The position numbers were made by a program, and so were the translations under genes. Under the pieces are notes generated by a model that searched no databases, was not told the DNA's origin, and worked only from the letters and a program-made list of their open reading frames with translations. From Nitrospinales bacterium (lineage in GTDB: Bacteria > Nitrospinota > Nitrospinia > Nitrospinales > JAJDAT01), in NCBI GenBank assembly GCA_046757665.1, contig JBHHYO010000012.1:1-48988 (forward strand): a stretch of DNA of 48,988 nt, given 5' to 3'. Below, piece by piece: positions 31,357 to 47,547 of the stretch (positions within the stretch are counted from its first letter, which is position 1; each line of letters starts with the position of its first letter).

Positions 31357-31992
31357 TCAAGTTTTGGCGCTCCGCCAACGGGTGATTCGAACAATCTGTC
31401 CGTTGGCTCCGGGCACTGCTCCCTTTATCAGCAACACATTGTTGTCCTTATCCACGCGAACGATTTTCAGGTTGCGAACGTGGACTGTTTCTCCGCCCAT
31501 TCTTCCGGGCATTTTCTTTCCTTTGAAAACTTTCCCGGGATAGGTATGGCAACCGATGGATCCGCCGCCGCGATAGGACTCATGAGCCCCCCGGGACGCG
31601 GGATTGCCGCCGAAACCAAACCGCCTGAAGACGCCGGAAAAACCTTTTCCCTTGGACGTGCCCACCACGCTGACACTGTCTCCCTCATTAAACATATCCG
31701 CCTTGAGGGGTTTGCCCAATTCCTCGTCGTCCAGGGTTTCGTTTTTAAATTCCGTCAAGAGCCTGGCCGGCTCGGTTTTAAGCTGGTCATAAAATCCTTG
31801 CAAGGGTTTGTTGGTGTGTTTGCGCTTCCTTTCACCATAGGCGAGCAGTACGGCTTCGTAACCGTCCTTTTCCCGGGTCCGCTTGAGAACGGGAACGCAA
31901 CGTTCCACCTGGACGAAGGTCGCGGGAACGCAGACTCCCTTGTCGGTAAAGACCTGGGTCATGCCTATTTTTTTTCCCAACAAACTTTTCAT
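31357..31992 (-). CDS. rplC: 50S ribosomal protein L3
   Basis: GKKIGMTQVF, SKGKGFSG, KGKKMPGRMG. Confidence 0.97.
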   Translation of the reverse strand: MKSLLGKKIGMTQVFTDKGVCVPATFVQVERCVPVLKRTREKDGYEAVLLAYGERKRKHTNKPLQGFYDQLKTEPARLLTEFKNETLDDEELGKPLKADMFNEGDSVSVVGTSKGKGFSGVFRRFGFGGNPASRGAHESYRGGGSIGCHTYPGKVFKGKKMPGRMGGETVHVRNLKIVRVDKDNNVLLIKGAVPGANGQIVRITRWRSAKT

Positions 31993-32026
31993 ATTACTGC
32001 ACGCATCCCGGCAAGCCGGGTTTCTC

Positions 32027-32335
32027 CTAAAGCTTGATTTCGATATCGACCCCGCCGGACAGGTCCAGCTTCATCAAGGCATCGACGGTTTGCGGAGTGG
32101 GTTCGAGAATTTCGAGGATTCTTTTGTGCGTCCGAATCTCAAACTGCTCCCGGGATTTTTTGTCGACATGCGGGGACCGAAGCACGGTCCACTTGTTTTT
32201 AATCGTCGGCAAGGGTATCGGGCCGACCACCTTGGCGCCCGTGCGCTTGGTGGTCTCGACAATTTCGCCGACCGACCGGTCCAACAGTTTATGGTCGTAG
32301 GCCTTCAGCCTGATCTTGATTTTTTGATTATTCAT
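32027..32335 (-). CDS. rpsJ: 30S ribosomal protein S10
   Basis: [23 protein letters not shown]. Confidence 0.98.
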   Translation of the reverse strand: MNNQKIKIRLKAYDHKLLDRSVGEIVETTKRTGAKVVGPIPLPTIKNKWTVLRSPHVDKKSREQFEIRTHKRILEILEPTPQTVDALMKLDLSGGVDIEIKL

Positions 32336-33525
32336 TATTCAATAACTTCACTAACCACTCCGGCGCCGACGGTTCTGCCGCCCTCCCGGATGGCAAAGCG
32401 CAGTTCCTTTTGCATGGCGATGGGGGTTATCAGGTTGACCTCGACGGAGACGTTATCTCCAGGCATCACCATTTCGACGCCAGGATTGAGGGTAACCACG
32501 CCGGTAACGTCGGTGGTCCGGAAATAGAATTGCGGCCGGTAGCCGTTGAAGAAGGGCGTATGACGACCGCCTTCTTCTTTTTTCAAGATATACACTTCCG
32601 CCTTGAACTTGGTGTGCGGGGTAATGGATCCCGGCTGTGCGAGCACCTGGCCGCGTTCGATTTCATCGCGTTTGGTGCCTCGGAGGAGGGCGCCGATATT
32701 ATCGCCCGCTTCACCGTAATCCAAGAGCTTGCGGAACATTTCCACGCCGGTGCAGACGGTTTTGGTGGTGTCCCGAATGCCGACGATTTCCACTTCGTCG
32801 CCCACTTTAAGTTTTCCGCTTTCGACGCGGCCGGTGGCCACGGTTCCGCGACCGGAAATGCTGAAGATATCTTCAATCGGCATCAGGAACGGTTTGTCCA
32901 CATCGCGCTTGGGAAGCGGGAAATACTCGTCGATGGCCGCCATCAGGTCCCAGATGCATTTGCTTTTGGCTTCGTCCGTCGGGTTTTCCAGGGCTTGCAG
33001 GGCGCTACCGCGGATGACGGGGATATCGTCTCCGGGGAATTCGTAGCTACTGAGCAGTTCCCGTACTTCCATTTCCACGAGTTCCAGAAGCTCCTCGTCG
33101 TCCACCATGTCTACCTTGTTCATAAAGACGACAATTCGCGGCACACCGACCTGCCGGGCAAGCAGGATATGCTCGCGGGTTTGCGGCATGGGGCCGTCGG
33201 CGGCGCTCAAGACGAGGATCGCTCCGTCCATTTGCGCGGCTCCGGTGATCATGTTTTTAACGTAATCGGCGTGACCGGGGCAATCGACATGCGCGTAGTG
33301 CCGGTTTTCGGTTTTATACTCCACATGGGCGATGGCGATGGTGATCCCGCGGTCCTTTTCTTCCGGCGCTTTATCGATCTGATCAAAAGGAATATAATCG
33401 GCCATCCCCTTTTTGGATAAAACTTCGGTAATCGCCGCGGTCAGCGTGGTTTTTCCGTGGTCAACGTGTCCGATCGTGCCAACATTCAAATGCGGTTTAT
33501 CTCGAACAAATTTCTCTTTTGCCAT
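32335..33525 (-). CDS. tuf: Elongation factor Tu
   Basis: [30 protein letters not shown]. Confidence 0.99.
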   Translation of the reverse strand: MAKEKFVRDKPHLNVGTIGHVDHGKTTLTAAITEVLSKKGMADYIPFDQIDKAPEEKDRGITIAIAHVEYKTENRHYAHVDCPGHADYVKNMITGAAQMDGAILVLSAADGPMPQTREHILLARQVGVPRIVVFMNKVDMVDDEELLELVEMEVRELLSSYEFPGDDIPVIRGSALQALENPTDEAKSKCIWDLMAAIDEYFPLPKRDVDKPFLMPIEDIFSISGRGTVATGRVESGKLKVGDEVEIVGIRDTTKTVCTGVEMFRKLLDYGEAGDNIGALLRGTKRDEIERGQVLAQPGSITPHTKFKAEVYILKKEEGGRHTPFFNGYRPQFYFRTTDVTGVVTLNPGVEMVMPGDNVSVEVNLITPIAMQKELRFAIREGGRTVGAGVVSEVIE

Positions 33526-33557
33526 GTCGGTCTTACTCCCAAAATGTTATGAAAAGG

Positions 33558-35663
33558 TTACACCGCTACTTTTTCGCTACGCGCTCCCGTCGTCTTGGCG
33601 ACGAGTTCATCCGTCAGGTGGGGCGGAATAGGTTCATACTTCAGAAACTCCATGGTGAAATTGGCCCGTCCCTGGGTGGTCGACCGCAGGTCGGTGGAGT
33701 AACCGAACATCCCCGAGAGCGGCACTTCCGCCCGAATCACTTTGGCACCGGCCCGCTCCGCCAGCTCCTTGATTTTGGCGCGCTTGGCGTTCAGGTTGCC
33801 GATGACGTCTCCCATAAAATCCTCCGGCGTGACCACCTCCACCTCCATAATCGGTTCGAGCAAAATGGGGGTGGCCTTTTTGCAGGCATTGCGAAAGGCA
33901 ATGGACGAGCAGATTTTGAAGGCCATTTCCGACGAGTCCACCTCGTGGTAAGACCCGTCCACCAAGGTCACTCCGACATCGACGACGGAATATCCACACA
34001 ACACACCGCGGTTCATGGCCTCGATAACGCCTTTTTGAACGGCGGGGATGAATTCCTTCGGAATCGCGCCACCGACGATTTTGTTGACGAACTCGAATCC
34101 TCCGCCTCGAGGCCGCGGCGACAACCGGATCTTTACGTGGCCATACTGGCCGCGACCGCCGCTTTGCTTGACGTACCGGTAGTCTTCCTCGACTTCGCGC
34201 GTGATGGATTCTTTATACGCAACCTGGGGCTTGGAGACGGCGACGTCGAGCGAAAATTCCCGCCGCATACGGTCCACCAGAATCTCCAGATGCAATTCCC
34301 CCATTCCGGAAATGATGGTTTGGTTGGTTTCGTGATCGATCTTGACGTCGAATGTGGGGTCTTCCTGCTGAAGTTTGCCGAGGCATTTGGACAGTTTCTC
34401 CTGCTCAGCCTTGGTGGAGGGTTCGATGGCAACGGAGATCACCGGTTCCGGAAACTCGATGGATTCCAGAAGCACCGGCGCCTCCTGCAAGCAGAGGGTG
34501 TCGCCGGTAAATGAGTTTTTCAGGCCGATGGCGGCGGCGATGTCGCCCGCGCCGACCGACTGGATTTCTTCTCTCTTGCTGGCGTGAACGCGGAGGATTC
34601 GCCCGACGCGCTCGCGCCGGTTTTTGGCGGAGTTGTAAACGTAGGAGCCGCTCTTCAATACACCTGAATAAACGCGGACGTAAGCTAATTGGCCAACGAA
34701 TGGGTCGGTGATGATTTTAAAGACCAGGGCCGTCAGGGGCTCTTTATCGTCCGCCTTGCGCCGAACCGTTTCCCGGTCATTGGGATTAAGGCCTTCCAGT
34801 TCCGGCAAGTCCAGGGGAGAGGGCAGGTAATGCACAACGGCGTCGAGCAATTGCTGAATGCCCTTGTCCTTGAAAGCCGCCCCGCAGAGAATCGGCGTAA
34901 AGGCCAAGTCAAGGGTTCCCTTGCGAAGCGCGTTGCGAATTTCTTCCTGGGAAACCTCCTCGCCGGCGAGGTATTTTTCCATAATGTTGTCATCAACGTC
35001 GGAAACCGCTTCGATCAACTGCTCGCGGTAGTGCCGGGCCTGCTCGAGATATGCTTCCGGGACAGGCTCATCCTTGAAAACCTCTCCCCGGCCCACGCTG
35101 TCCGGATAGACGCAGGCACGCATTCGCACCAGGTCGATGACGCCCGAAAACTCGCCTTCGGCTCCCAGGGGCAATTGCAAGAGCACGGTTTTGGCGTTCA
35201 GCCGTTTCTTCATCTGATCGACGCAACCCAGGAAATCCGCGCCGGTTCGGTCCATTTTGTTGATGAACCCGATCCGCGGCACGTTGTACTTGATGGCCTG
35301 GCGCCAGACGGTTTCCGACTGGGGCTGTACTCCGCCAACGGCGCAGAATACGCCGATGACACCGTCGAGCACACGCAGGGAACGCTCCACTTCCGCGGTG
35401 AAATCGACGTGGCCCGGGGTATCGATGATGTTGATCTGGTGTTTCAGCCAGAAGCAGGTGGTGGCGGCGGAGGTGATGGTGATTCCCCGCTCCTGCTCCT
35501 GCTCCATATAATCCATGGTGGCGGTGCCGTCGTGCACTTCGCCGATTTTGTGGCTTTTACCGGTATAATAGAGTATCCGCTCCGTCGTCGTGGTTTTCCC
35601 CGCGTCGATATGGGCGATGATGCCGATATTCCTGATTTTACTGAGGTCCTTAATTGTACTCAC
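33558..35663 (-). CDS. fusA: Elongation factor G
   Basis: [34 protein letters not shown]. Confidence 0.98.
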   Translation of the reverse strand: MSTIKDLSKIRNIGIIAHIDAGKTTTTERILYYTGKSHKIGEVHDGTATMDYMEQEQERGITITSAATTCFWLKHQINIIDTPGHVDFTAEVERSLRVLDGVIGVFCAVGGVQPQSETVWRQAIKYNVPRIGFINKMDRTGADFLGCVDQMKKRLNAKTVLLQLPLGAEGEFSGVIDLVRMRACVYPDSVGRGEVFKDEPVPEAYLEQARHYREQLIEAVSDVDDNIMEKYLAGEEVSQEEIRNALRKGTLDLAFTPILCGAAFKDKGIQQLLDAVVHYLPSPLDLPELEGLNPNDRETVRRKADDKEPLTALVFKIITDPFVGQLAYVRVYSGVLKSGSYVYNSAKNRRERVGRILRVHASKREEIQSVGAGDIAAAIGLKNSFTGDTLCLQEAPVLLESIEFPEPVISVAIEPSTKAEQEKLSKCLGKLQQEDPTFDVKIDHETNQTIISGMGELHLEILVDRMRREFSLDVAVSKPQVAYKESITREVEEDYRYVKQSGGRGQYGHVKIRLSPRPRGGGFEFVNKIVGGAIPKEFIPAVQKGVIEAMNRGVLCGYSVVDVGVTLVDGSYHEVDSSEMAFKICSSIAFRNACKKATPILLEPIMEVEVVTPEDFMGDVIGNLNAKRAKIKELAERAGAKVIRAEVPLSGMFGYSTDLRSTTQGRANFTMEFLKYEPIPPHLTDELVAKTTGARSEKVAV

Positions 35664-35693
35664 AAACGATATCCTTTTTTCAACGGCAACTTA

Positions 35694-36164
35694 TTACCAC
35701 CGGTAATGCGCGAAGGCCTTGTTGGCCTCGGCCATGCGATGAACATCTTCCTTCTTTTTGACGGCGCCACCGGTGTTGTTATAGGCGTCCAGAAGTTCAC
35801 CGGAGAGTTTTTCGGACATGCTTTTTCCCGCCCGACCGCGCGCGTTGCTGATCAGCCAGCGAATGCCCAGGGCAATGCGCCGCGTGCTGGCGACTTCCAC
35901 GGGAACCTGGTACGTTGCCCCGCCGACGCGGCGCGACCGCACTTCCAGGATCGGCGAGGAGTTATCGACGGCTTTTTTGAACACTTTCAGGGGGTCTTCC
36001 TTGGTTTTTTCTTCAATACGGTCCAGGGCCGAGTAAAAGATTTTCTCGGCGATACTTTTTTTCCCCTTTTTGAGGACACAATTTATGAACCGTGCCACAA
36101 GGAGATTGTGGAACTTCGGGTCCGGGATAACTTCTCTTTTTTCAGCTTCTCTTCTTCGTGCCAT
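35694..36164 (-). CDS. rpsG: 30S ribosomal protein S7
   Basis: [25 protein letters not shown]. Confidence 0.98.
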   Translation of the reverse strand: MARRREAEKREVIPDPKFHNLLVARFINCVLKKGKKSIAEKIFYSALDRIEEKTKEDPLKVFKKAVDNSSPILEVRSRRVGGATYQVPVEVASTRRIALGIRWLISNARGRAGKSMSEKLSGELLDAYNNTGGAVKKKEDVHRMAEANKAFAHYRW

Positions 36165-36181
36165 ATTACGCGATCATCCTT

Positions 36182-36559
36182 TTAGCTTTTTTTGGCTTTT
36201 TTGGCTCCGTATTTGGAGCGGCCCTGCATCCGGTTGGCGACGCCCAAGGTGTCGAGCGTACCCCGAATCACATGATAGCGAACGCCGGGCAGGTCCTTGA
36301 CGCGCCCGCCACGGATCATAACAATGGAATGCTCTTGCAGGTTGTGCCCGACTCCCGGGATGTAGGTGGTGACCTCCATGCCGTTGGTCAGGCGGACCCG
36401 CGCCACTTTTCTCAGAGCCGAATTGGGTTTTTTCGGCGTTGAGGTATAAACTCTCAGGCAGACCCCGCGTTTTTGCGGACAGGATTTCAAAGCCGGGCTG
36501 GTCGTCTTTTTGACCGGCTTTTTACGTCCTAACCGGATCAATTGATTGATTGTCGGCAC
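36182..36559 (-). CDS. rpsL: 30S ribosomal protein S12
   Basis: GTG start; [20 protein letters not shown]. Confidence 0.98.
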   Translation of the reverse strand: MPTINQLIRLGRKKPVKKTTSPALKSCPQKRGVCLRVYTSTPKKPNSALRKVARVRLTNGMEVTTYIPGVGHNLQEHSIVMIRGGRVKDLPGVRYHVIRGTLDTLGVANRMQGRSKYGAKKAKKS

Positions 36560-36690
36560 TGCTTAACCTCCAAAAAAAATAAAGCCCCCCACCCAGGCGG
36601 CAAAGACGAATCACCGCCAAATCTAATCGTCTTTTAAATTCAACGGGTTGAAAAGAAATTGAACTTCAAAAACGATGTGGAGAGGGAAAG

Positions 36691-36719
36691 ATTGTATCAT
36701 TCCTTCAACATGGATTCAA
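36691..36719 (-). promoter_or_regulatory. sigma70 promoter of the str (rpsL) operon
   Basis: TTGAAT-N17-TACAAT with an extended -10 TG. Confidence 0.7.
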
Positions 36720-36732
36720 CCCAAAAATGCAG

Positions 36733-40827
<4,095 letters not shown>

Positions 40828-40899
40828 AAGGGTTTTCTCCTAAAATAACTTGTTAATTTCGCAAAATATCGAACCGGGAATCCGGCCGTCACCAAGGAA

Positions 40900-43800
40900 T
40901 TATTCCTTGGGGGCTTCCAACAATTCAACATCCAGAGCCAGGCTTTGCAACTCCTTGACCAAAACGTTAAACGATTCGGGCAAGCTGGGCGCCAGATTGG
41001 TATCGCCCTTGACAATTGCTTCGTACATGCGTTTGCGTCCTTCGACATCATCGGATTTCACGGTCAGCATTTCCTGCAAGGTGTAGGCGGCGCCATAAGC
41101 TTCCAGCGCCCAGACTTCCATTTCTCCGAGGCGTTGTCCGCCAAACTGCGCCTTGCCGCCCAACGGTTGCTGGGTGACCAGGGAATAGGGGCCGGTGGAG
41201 CGGGCATGGATTTTGTCGTCCACCAGGTGATGCAGTTTCATCATGTAGATGTAGCCCACCATGACGCGCTGTCGAAAGGGCAGGCCGGAGCGCCCGTCCC
41301 TCAACACCACTTCTCCGGAATCCGAGCAACCGCCTTTTTTCAGGAACTCCCGAATGTCCTGCTCGGTGGCCCCTTCAAAAACCGGGCTGGCCACGTGCAT
41401 TCGGTTTGCCCGGGCGGCCATTCCCAGATGGGTCTCCATGATCTGCCCCACGTTCATCCGGGAAGGAACCCCAAGCGGATTCAAAACGAGTTCCACGGGG
41501 GTGCCGTCTTCCAGGTAAGGCATATCTTCTTCCGGCAGAATTTTGGAGACGACGCCCTTGTTGCCGTGGCGTCCGGCCATCTTGTCGCCCACCTGCAGTT
41601 TTCTTTTCATGGCCACATAAACCTTCACCAGCTTGATGACGCCCGGGGGCAAGTCATCGCCTTTTTTTAATTTGGCGATTTTTTCCTGGATCATGGTTTT
41701 GAGGATATGGATTTGCTCCTTGGCGTCGGCTTCGATTTCCTGCGCCACCGCCGGGTCAACACCCTTGGCGGACAGTTTCACCAAATCCCTGGTGGACAAT
41801 TTTTGCAGGACCTCGTCGGGGATTTTCTGTCCTTTTTTGATGGCGTGCCTGCCGATGGTGACGGATTTGGACGCCGTTTTGCCGGAAAATAACCGGCGCA
41901 ACCGGAGATCGCTTTCGGATTTAACGATTTTTATTTCTTCGTTGAAATCCTTTTCGATCATGGCGATTTCTTCTTCTTCGATGGAAAGCGTACGCGAATC
42001 CTTGTCGATCCCCTTGCGGGAAAACACCTTAACGTCAGTCACCACGCCTTGAATGCCGGGCGGCACACGCAGGGAGGAGTCTTTAACGTCACCGGCTTTT
42101 TCTCCGAAGATGGCTTTTAAGAGTTTTTCTTCGGGGCTCAACTGGGTTTCTCCCTTGGGCGTAATTTTGCCGACGAGGATATCGTTGGGCTTGACGTTGG
42201 CGCCGATGCAAATGATCCCGCTTTCGTCGAGGTTTTTAAGGGCTTCCTCGCCGACGTTGGAGATATCCCGCGTGATTTCTTCCTTGCCTTGTTTGGTATC
42301 GCGGGCTTCGACTTCAAATTCCTCAATGTGAATGGAAGTAAAAATATCTTCTTTCACGGTTTTTTCGCTGACCACGATGGCATCTTCAAAGTTGTATCCC
42401 TCCCAAGGCATAAACGCCACCAGGAGGTTGCGTCCCAGGGCCAGTTCGCCCAGGTCGGTGGAGGGGCCGTCGGCGATCACGTCGCCTTTTTGCACTTTGT
42501 CGCCGGTGGACACCAGGGGCCTTTGGTTGATACAGGTGTTTTGATTGGACCGCTGGTATTTGGAGAGGGGATAAATATCCACCTTGGCCTCGAGATACCG
42601 GGGGCCTTTTTTCCGGCCGGTTTTTTCCGAGCGAATGACAATCCTGGAGGCGTCGGCGCTGACCACCTCGCCGGCGTTCCTGGCGACGACCACGGTACCC
42701 GAATCGCGGGCGACGATAACTTCCATGCCCGTTCCCACCAGGGGAGCTTCGGGAACCAGCAAGGGCACGGCCTGGCGTTGCATATTGGACCCCATCAGGG
42801 CCCGGTTGGCGTCGTCGTTTTCCAAAAACGGAATGAGCGAAGCGGCAACGCTGATCAACTGCATCGGCGAAACATCCATATAATTGACGTTCGCCCTGGG
42901 CGCCAGAATGAAATCGCCTCCCTGGCGCGCGGAAACGATGCTGTTCTCAAGCCGGTTGTTCTTGTCCAGAGGCGCGTTCGCCTGGGCGACGATAAATTTG
43001 TCCTCTCCCAGGGCGGTATGAAATTCGATCTCGTCGCTTACGTAAGCGTTGCGCACCTTGCGGTAGGGGGTTTCGATAAACCCGAACTCGTTCACGCGGG
43101 CGAACGTGCTGAGCGAAGCGATGAGGCCGATATTGGGACCTTCCGGCGTTTCGATGGGACACACGCGGCCGTAATGGGTGGGATGAACGTCGCGCACTTC
43201 AAACCCGGCCCGTTCACGGGTCAACCCTCCCGGCCCCAAGGCGCTCAACCGGCGCTTATGGGTGACCTCGGAGAGGGGATTGGTTTGATCCATGAACTGG
43301 GACAATTGACTGCTACCGAAAAACTCCTTGATGGCGGCGGTAACGGGTTTGGAGTTGATCAGGTCGTGAGGCATGGAAACATCCAGGTCCTGGATAGCCA
43401 TGCGTTCGATGATGGCGCGTTCCATCCGCACCAGCCCGACGCGGAACTGGTTTTCCAGCGACTCTCCCACGGTACGCACCCGGCGGTTGCCGAGGTGGTC
43501 GATATCGTCCACATGACCCTGGCCGTTTCTCAATCCGATCAAATACTTGACCACCTGCAACAGGTCCTGCAAGGTCACCAACCGTACGTTGAGCGGAATG
43601 TCGAGGCCGAATTTTTGATTCAGCTTCATCCGCCCCACAATGGAGAGGTTGTACCGCTTGGGATTGAAAAACAGGTTTTTGAAGAGGGATTTGGCAATCT
43701 CCCGGGTCGGCGGGTCACCCGGCCGCAACCGCTTGTAGATTTCGCGGATGGCCTCGTCGGGAGTATCGACTTTTCCCATGATCAGGGTTTCGCGTATGGA

Positions 43801-45114
43801 GGTATCTGGATATTCATCATCAATATGCAGAATTTCGAATTCCTTGATTTCGTGTTTTTTGATGAGGGCCAGACCGTCGGCGGAAAGCGCCTGGTTAGCC
43901 GCTACCAACACCTCGCCGGTTTCCTTGTCAACGATATCCTCGCACAAATACGTCCCAACGAGGCTCCCGATGTCTATTTCCACCTTGGGGTTTTTCGAAA
44001 GCTTGCGGATTTTCGCCGTCAAAACCTGCTGGCTGACGACCTTGTTGGCCTTGAGGACCACCTCGCCGGTTTTGCCGTCCACGATATCTTCCCGAACCTT
44101 GAATCCGACCAGGAGACTTTTGGCGTTGATGAGAAACCGGTCCTCGCGGACGGAGTAAGTGACCCGCTCCGTAATGTAAAATTCTTTCAGGATGGATACG
44201 CTGTCCATCCCGAAGGCGTTGAGCAGAATGGTGGCGGGCAGTTTGCGCCGGCGGTCGATTTTGACGAACAGGATGTCCTTGATGTCGAACTCGAAATCGA
44301 TCCAGGACCCCCGGTCGGGAATGATGCGCGCCGAGTACAGCTTTTTGCCGCTGACGTGGGATTTGCCTTTGTCGTGGGAGAAAAAGGCCCCGGGCGACCG
44401 GTGCATCTGGCTGACGATAACCCGTTCCACGCCGTTAATCATAAAGGTGCCGACGGGGCTCATCACGGGAATTTCGCCGAGGAAGATTTTCTGTTCCTTG
44501 ACTTCGCGCACGGCATTGACCACGATTTCGCGGATTTTGTGGGTCTTCAGAACCGCCTCGACTTCCTCGGTGATCGGGGTTCGGAAGGGCAGGAGGGTTT
44601 TTCCCGTCTGCGGGTGTTTCACCTCTTCCATCACCACCTTGCCGCGTAACTCCTTCATGGTTCGGGCGGACAATTCAACCCGCTCCTGATCGAACAAAAT
44701 CAGGCGGACCATGATTTTTATGGGGTCGGCGTAGGTCAATCCTTTTTGCCGGCACTCGGAGAGCTTGAATTTTTCGTGATAGATTACATCCTGGCCGCAT
44801 TTACGGCAGACCATACCCGGCCCGCCCAGGTCGCCGTATTCCCCGCATCCACACTCCCAGACTCCCACTTCATAACCGACGTATTCGATGCGGGCATTGA
44901 TGTTGAGATCCGAGATCGGAAAAACATCCCTGAACACTTCTTCCAACCCCTTTTCCTTCCGCTTCACGGGAGGAACGGTCAACTGAAGAAAGGATTCAAA
45001 GGACTTCCTTTGAATCTCAATCATGTTTGGAATTCCAATCGCGGAGGGAATCTTGGAAAATCTTATTCTTTGCCTGACGTTTCTCTGCGTTCTGACAGAG
45101 CTGACTTTCGTCAT
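40900..45114 (-). CDS. rpoB: RNA polymerase beta subunit
   Basis: [45 protein letters not shown]. Confidence 0.99.
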   Translation of the reverse strand: MTKVSSVRTQRNVRQRIRFSKIPSAIGIPNMIEIQRKSFESFLQLTVPPVKRKEKGLEEVFRDVFPISDLNINARIEYVGYEVGVWECGCGEYGDLGGPGMVCRKCGQDVIYHEKFKLSECRQKGLTYADPIKIMVRLILFDQERVELSARTMKELRGKVVMEEVKHPQTGKTLLPFRTPITEEVEAVLKTHKIREIVVNAVREVKEQKIFLGEIPVMSPVGTFMINGVERVIVSQMHRSPGAFFSHDKGKSHVSGKKLYSARIIPDRGSWIDFEFDIKDILFVKIDRRRKLPATILLNAFGMDSVSILKEFYITERVTYSVREDRFLINAKSLLVGFKVREDIVDGKTGEVVLKANKVVSQQVLTAKIRKLSKNPKVEIDIGSLVGTYLCEDIVDKETGEVLVAANQALSADGLALIKKHEIKEFEILHIDDEYPDTSIRETLIMGKVDTPDEAIREIYKRLRPGDPPTREIAKSLFKNLFFNPKRYNLSIVGRMKLNQKFGLDIPLNVRLVTLQDLLQVVKYLIGLRNGQGHVDDIDHLGNRRVRTVGESLENQFRVGLVRMERAIIERMAIQDLDVSMPHDLINSKPVTAAIKEFFGSSQLSQFMDQTNPLSEVTHKRRLSALGPGGLTRERAGFEVRDVHPTHYGRVCPIETPEGPNIGLIASLSTFARVNEFGFIETPYRKVRNAYVSDEIEFHTALGEDKFIVAQANAPLDKNNRLENSIVSARQGGDFILAPRANVNYMDVSPMQLISVAASLIPFLENDDANRALMGSNMQRQAVPLLVPEAPLVGTGMEVIVARDSGTVVVARNAGEVVSADASRIVIRSEKTGRKKGPRYLEAKVDIYPLSKYQRSNQNTCINQRPLVSTGDKVQKGDVIADGPSTDLGELALGRNLLVAFMPWEGYNFEDAIVVSEKTVKEDIFTSIHIEEFEVEARDTKQGKEEITRDISNVGEEALKNLDESGIICIGANVKPNDILVGKITPKGETQLSPEEKLLKAIFGEKAGDVKDSSLRVPPGIQGVVTDVKVFSRKGIDKDSRTLSIEEEEIAMIEKDFNEEIKIVKSESDLRLRRLFSGKTASKSVTIGRHAIKKGQKIPDEVLQKLSTRDLVKLSAKGVDPAVAQEIEADAKEQIHILKTMIQEKIAKLKKGDDLPPGVIKLVKVYVAMKRKLQVGDKMAGRHGNKGVVSKILPEEDMPYLEDGTPVELVLNPLGVPSRMNVGQIMETHLGMAARANRMHVASPVFEGATEQDIREFLKKGGCSDSGEVVLRDGRSGLPFRQRVMVGYIYMMKLHHLVDDKIHARSTGPYSLVTQQPLGGKAQFGGQRLGEMEVWALEAYGAAYTLQEMLTVKSDDVEGRKRMYEAIVKGDTNLAPSLPESFNVLVKELQSLALDVELLEAPKE

Positions 45115-45303
45115 AAAGTCCCCGACTTATAAAAAGTTTTTTTAAAAGAGAATCTGATCAAGGAGAATTGCAAACCAACCGCCGCCCCGCCCGTTGGCTG
45201 GAGCAAGGGGAATCGTTTCGCGAGTCCCCGCTTCACCGTTGGCGCTACTGAATGCGCCGCCGGATTAACGGGCAAAGAGAGAATCTAACCGGCCATCCAT
45301 CGG

Positions 45304-45681
45304 TTATTTGATTTCGGCAGTTCCACCCGCTCCTTCAATTTTGGCTTTGATTTCCTCGGCCTCTTCTTTCTTAATGCCTTCTTTCACGGCCTTGGGAGCG
45401 GACTCGACAAGTTCCTTGGCGTCTTTCAATCCAAGCCCGGTAATCGCCCGGATTTCCTTGATGACCTGAATCTTTTTGTCGCCGATGGACGCGAGAACCA
45501 CCGAGAACTCGGTCTGTTCTTCCTGAGCCGGCGCCCCGGCATCCGCCGCGGCGGGCATGGCCATCATGGGCGCCGAGGCCGTTACGCCATACTTGTCTTC
45601 CAATTCCTTGACAAATTCCGCCATTTCCAGGACGGTCATGTTATCGATAAATGAAACCACATCTTCTTTGGTGATCGCCAT
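45304..45681 (-). CDS. rplL: 50S ribosomal protein L7/L12
   Basis: [25 protein letters not shown]. Confidence 0.98.
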   Translation of the reverse strand: MAITKEDVVSFIDNMTVLEMAEFVKELEDKYGVTASAPMMAMPAAADAGAPAQEEQTEFSVVLASIGDKKIQVIKEIRAITGLGLKDAKELVESAPKAVKEGIKKEEAEEIKAKIEGAGGTAEIK

Positions 45682-45778
45682 GATCTGCTCCTTTCATCTC
45701 ACCTGATTATTCGCAATTGATAATTTGAGTTTATAAACCACTTGTTTCACAAGCCCGCCCGGAACTTCCCGCCGGGAG

Positions 45779-46300
45779 TCAGGCCTTTTTTTCCTTGATC
45801 GCATCGAGTGTGCCGACAAGTTTTCTGAGAAGCCCGGCAAATACGCCCGCAAACTGGGTGGCCGGTCCCTGAAAGGTCGCCAGCAAGCGGGCAACCAGAA
45901 CTTCCTTGGGAGGAAGATTGGAAAGCTCCTTGACTTCGCCGGCGGAAATTTTTTGACCGTCAATCAAGCCGCAGATGATTTCCGGCTTCTTTTTCGGATT
46001 CGCTTTAGCGTGTTCGGCCAAGGCTTTTGCCGGGGCAACCAGGTCATCCTGGCTGACGATCAAGGAGACGGGACCCTTGAAATCCGATGTCAGGACCTCA
46101 AAGGGCGTGTTTTTCGCCGCCACTTGCGCCAGGGTGTTTTTGGTCACGAAAAAGAGAACCGAGCTGTTCTTCATATGCAACCGTAAAGCGGCCAGGTCGG
46201 GGGCGGATATCCCCTGATAATTGGCCAGAACGGCGGCTTTCGATTTCGAAAAAATCTCGTTCAGATTCTGTACGGCCTGTTTTTTGGCTTCCGTCGGCAA
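45779..46300 (-). CDS. rplJ: 50S ribosomal protein L10
   Basis: TTG start with AAGGA SD; YQGIS…LR…VTKNTLA, LSNLPPKEVL; lies between rplA and rplL. Confidence 0.95.
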   Translation of the reverse strand: MPTEAKKQAVQNLNEIFSKSKAAVLANYQGISAPDLAALRLHMKNSSVLFFVTKNTLAQVAAKNTPFEVLTSDFKGPVSLIVSQDDLVAPAKALAEHAKANPKKKPEIICGLIDGQKISAGEVKELSNLPPKEVLVARLLATFQGPATQFAGVFAGLLRKLVGTLDAIKEKKA

Positions 46301-46373
46301 AATACTTGTCCTTTCTCTTGGCGTGTCGAGTGTTTCGTTTTTCCAGGCTTAGCGGCGCGGCGTGCAACCGGGC

Positions 46374-47066
46374 CTAATGCGCCTGGCCATAAGCTACCTT
46401 GATCCCCATGCCCATGGTGCTGGACAGGGACATTCCCCTGATATATTGTCCCTTGCTGGAAGCGGGTTTCAGCCGAACGAGCGTTCCCATCAAGGTGTCG
46501 ATATTTTCCGCCAGGTCCTCCTCGGAGAAATTGACCTTGCCGACCGAGGCATGGATGATGCCCGCCTTATCGACGCGAAACTCCACCTTACCCGCCTGGA
46601 TATCGCGAATGGCTTCTTTCAGGTTGAAGGTCACGGTTCCGGTTTTGGGATTGGGCATCAACCCGCGCGGGCCGAGGACTTTACCCAGCTTGCCGACCAC
46701 GCCCATCATGTCCGGCGTGGCGACAACGCGGTCAAAATCCAGCCAACCGCCCTGTATTTTGGCGGCCATATCGTCACCGCCAACGAACTCGGCGCCGGCG
46801 TCGCGCGCCTCCTGCTCTTTTTCCCCCTTGGCAAACACCAGAATGCGGAACTTTTTCCCGGTACCCTTGGGCAACACCACACTGCCGCGGATATTCTGGT
46901 CGGCCTTTCGGGGATCGACTCCCAACTTGACCGCGGCATCCACCGATTCCTCAAACTTGGCCGCGGCGGTTTCCTTGACCAAGGCAATCGCCTCTTTCAA
47001 ATCGTATCGTTTGGCGGCATCCACTTTATCAACCACCGCTTTTCTTTTTTTGCTTAGCTTCGCCAT
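46374..47066 (-). CDS. rplA: 50S ribosomal protein L1
   Basis: [25 protein letters not shown]. Confidence 0.98.
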   Translation of the reverse strand: MAKLSKKRKAVVDKVDAAKRYDLKEAIALVKETAAAKFEESVDAAVKLGVDPRKADQNIRGSVVLPKGTGKKFRILVFAKGEKEQEARDAGAEFVGGDDMAAKIQGGWLDFDRVVATPDMMGVVGKLGKVLGPRGLMPNPKTGTVTFNLKEAIRDIQAGKVEFRVDKAGIIHASVGKVNFSEEDLAENIDTLMGTLVRLKPASSKGQYIRGMSLSSTMGMGIKVAYGQAH

Positions 47067-47089
47067 AACACCTTTCCTCGCCTCTATGG

Positions 47090-47518
47090 TTAATCCACCA
47101 CCCGGATGCCCATGCTTTTTGCCGACCCCTCGATGATGCGCATGGCGTTGTCGACGTCATAGGCGTTCAGGTCATCCATTTTGGTTTGCGCGATCTCCCG
47201 GACCTGCTCCCGGGTGACGGTTCCGACGTTGGTCTTGTTGGGGTCGGGCGAGCCCTTGGCCACGCTCGCGGCTTGTTTCAACAGCGCGGAGGCGGGCGGG
47301 GATTTGGTAATAAACGTAAAACTGCGGTCGGAGTAAACGCTAATGAGAACAGGAATCAACATGCCTTCCTGGCCTTGGGTTTTGGCATTGAAGGCCTTGC
47401 AGAATTCCATGATATTGACGCCCCGTTGCCCCAGCGCCGGGCCCACGGGGGGCGAGGGGTTGGCCTGCCCGGCAGGTATCTGCAATTTAATCGTGCCCGT
47501 CATTTTTTTCGTTGCCAT
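47090..47518 (-). CDS. rplK: 50S ribosomal protein L11
   Basis: [20 protein letters not shown]. Confidence 0.98.
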   Translation of the reverse strand: MATKKMTGTIKLQIPAGQANPSPPVGPALGQRGVNIMEFCKAFNAKTQGQEGMLIPVLISVYSDRSFTFITKSPPASALLKQAASVAKGSPDPNKTNVGTVTREQVREIAQTKMDDLNAYDVDNAMRIIEGSAKSMGIRVVD

Positions 47519-47547
47519 CGGTCCGTCCTTTCGCGAATCCCGCGAGG

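Noticed and set aside
42289..44649. 786-aa plus-strand ORF, and similar long antisense ORFs (38413-39996, 34689-36185, 14460-15683, 2864-4411)
   Set aside because: They lie antisense to rpoB, rpoC, fusA, rho and clpC; typical shadow ORFs from codon bias, with no recognisable motifs
46301..46373. Expected L10 leader before rplJ
   Set aside because: Spacer is short and I could not recognise the conserved leader motif; not called
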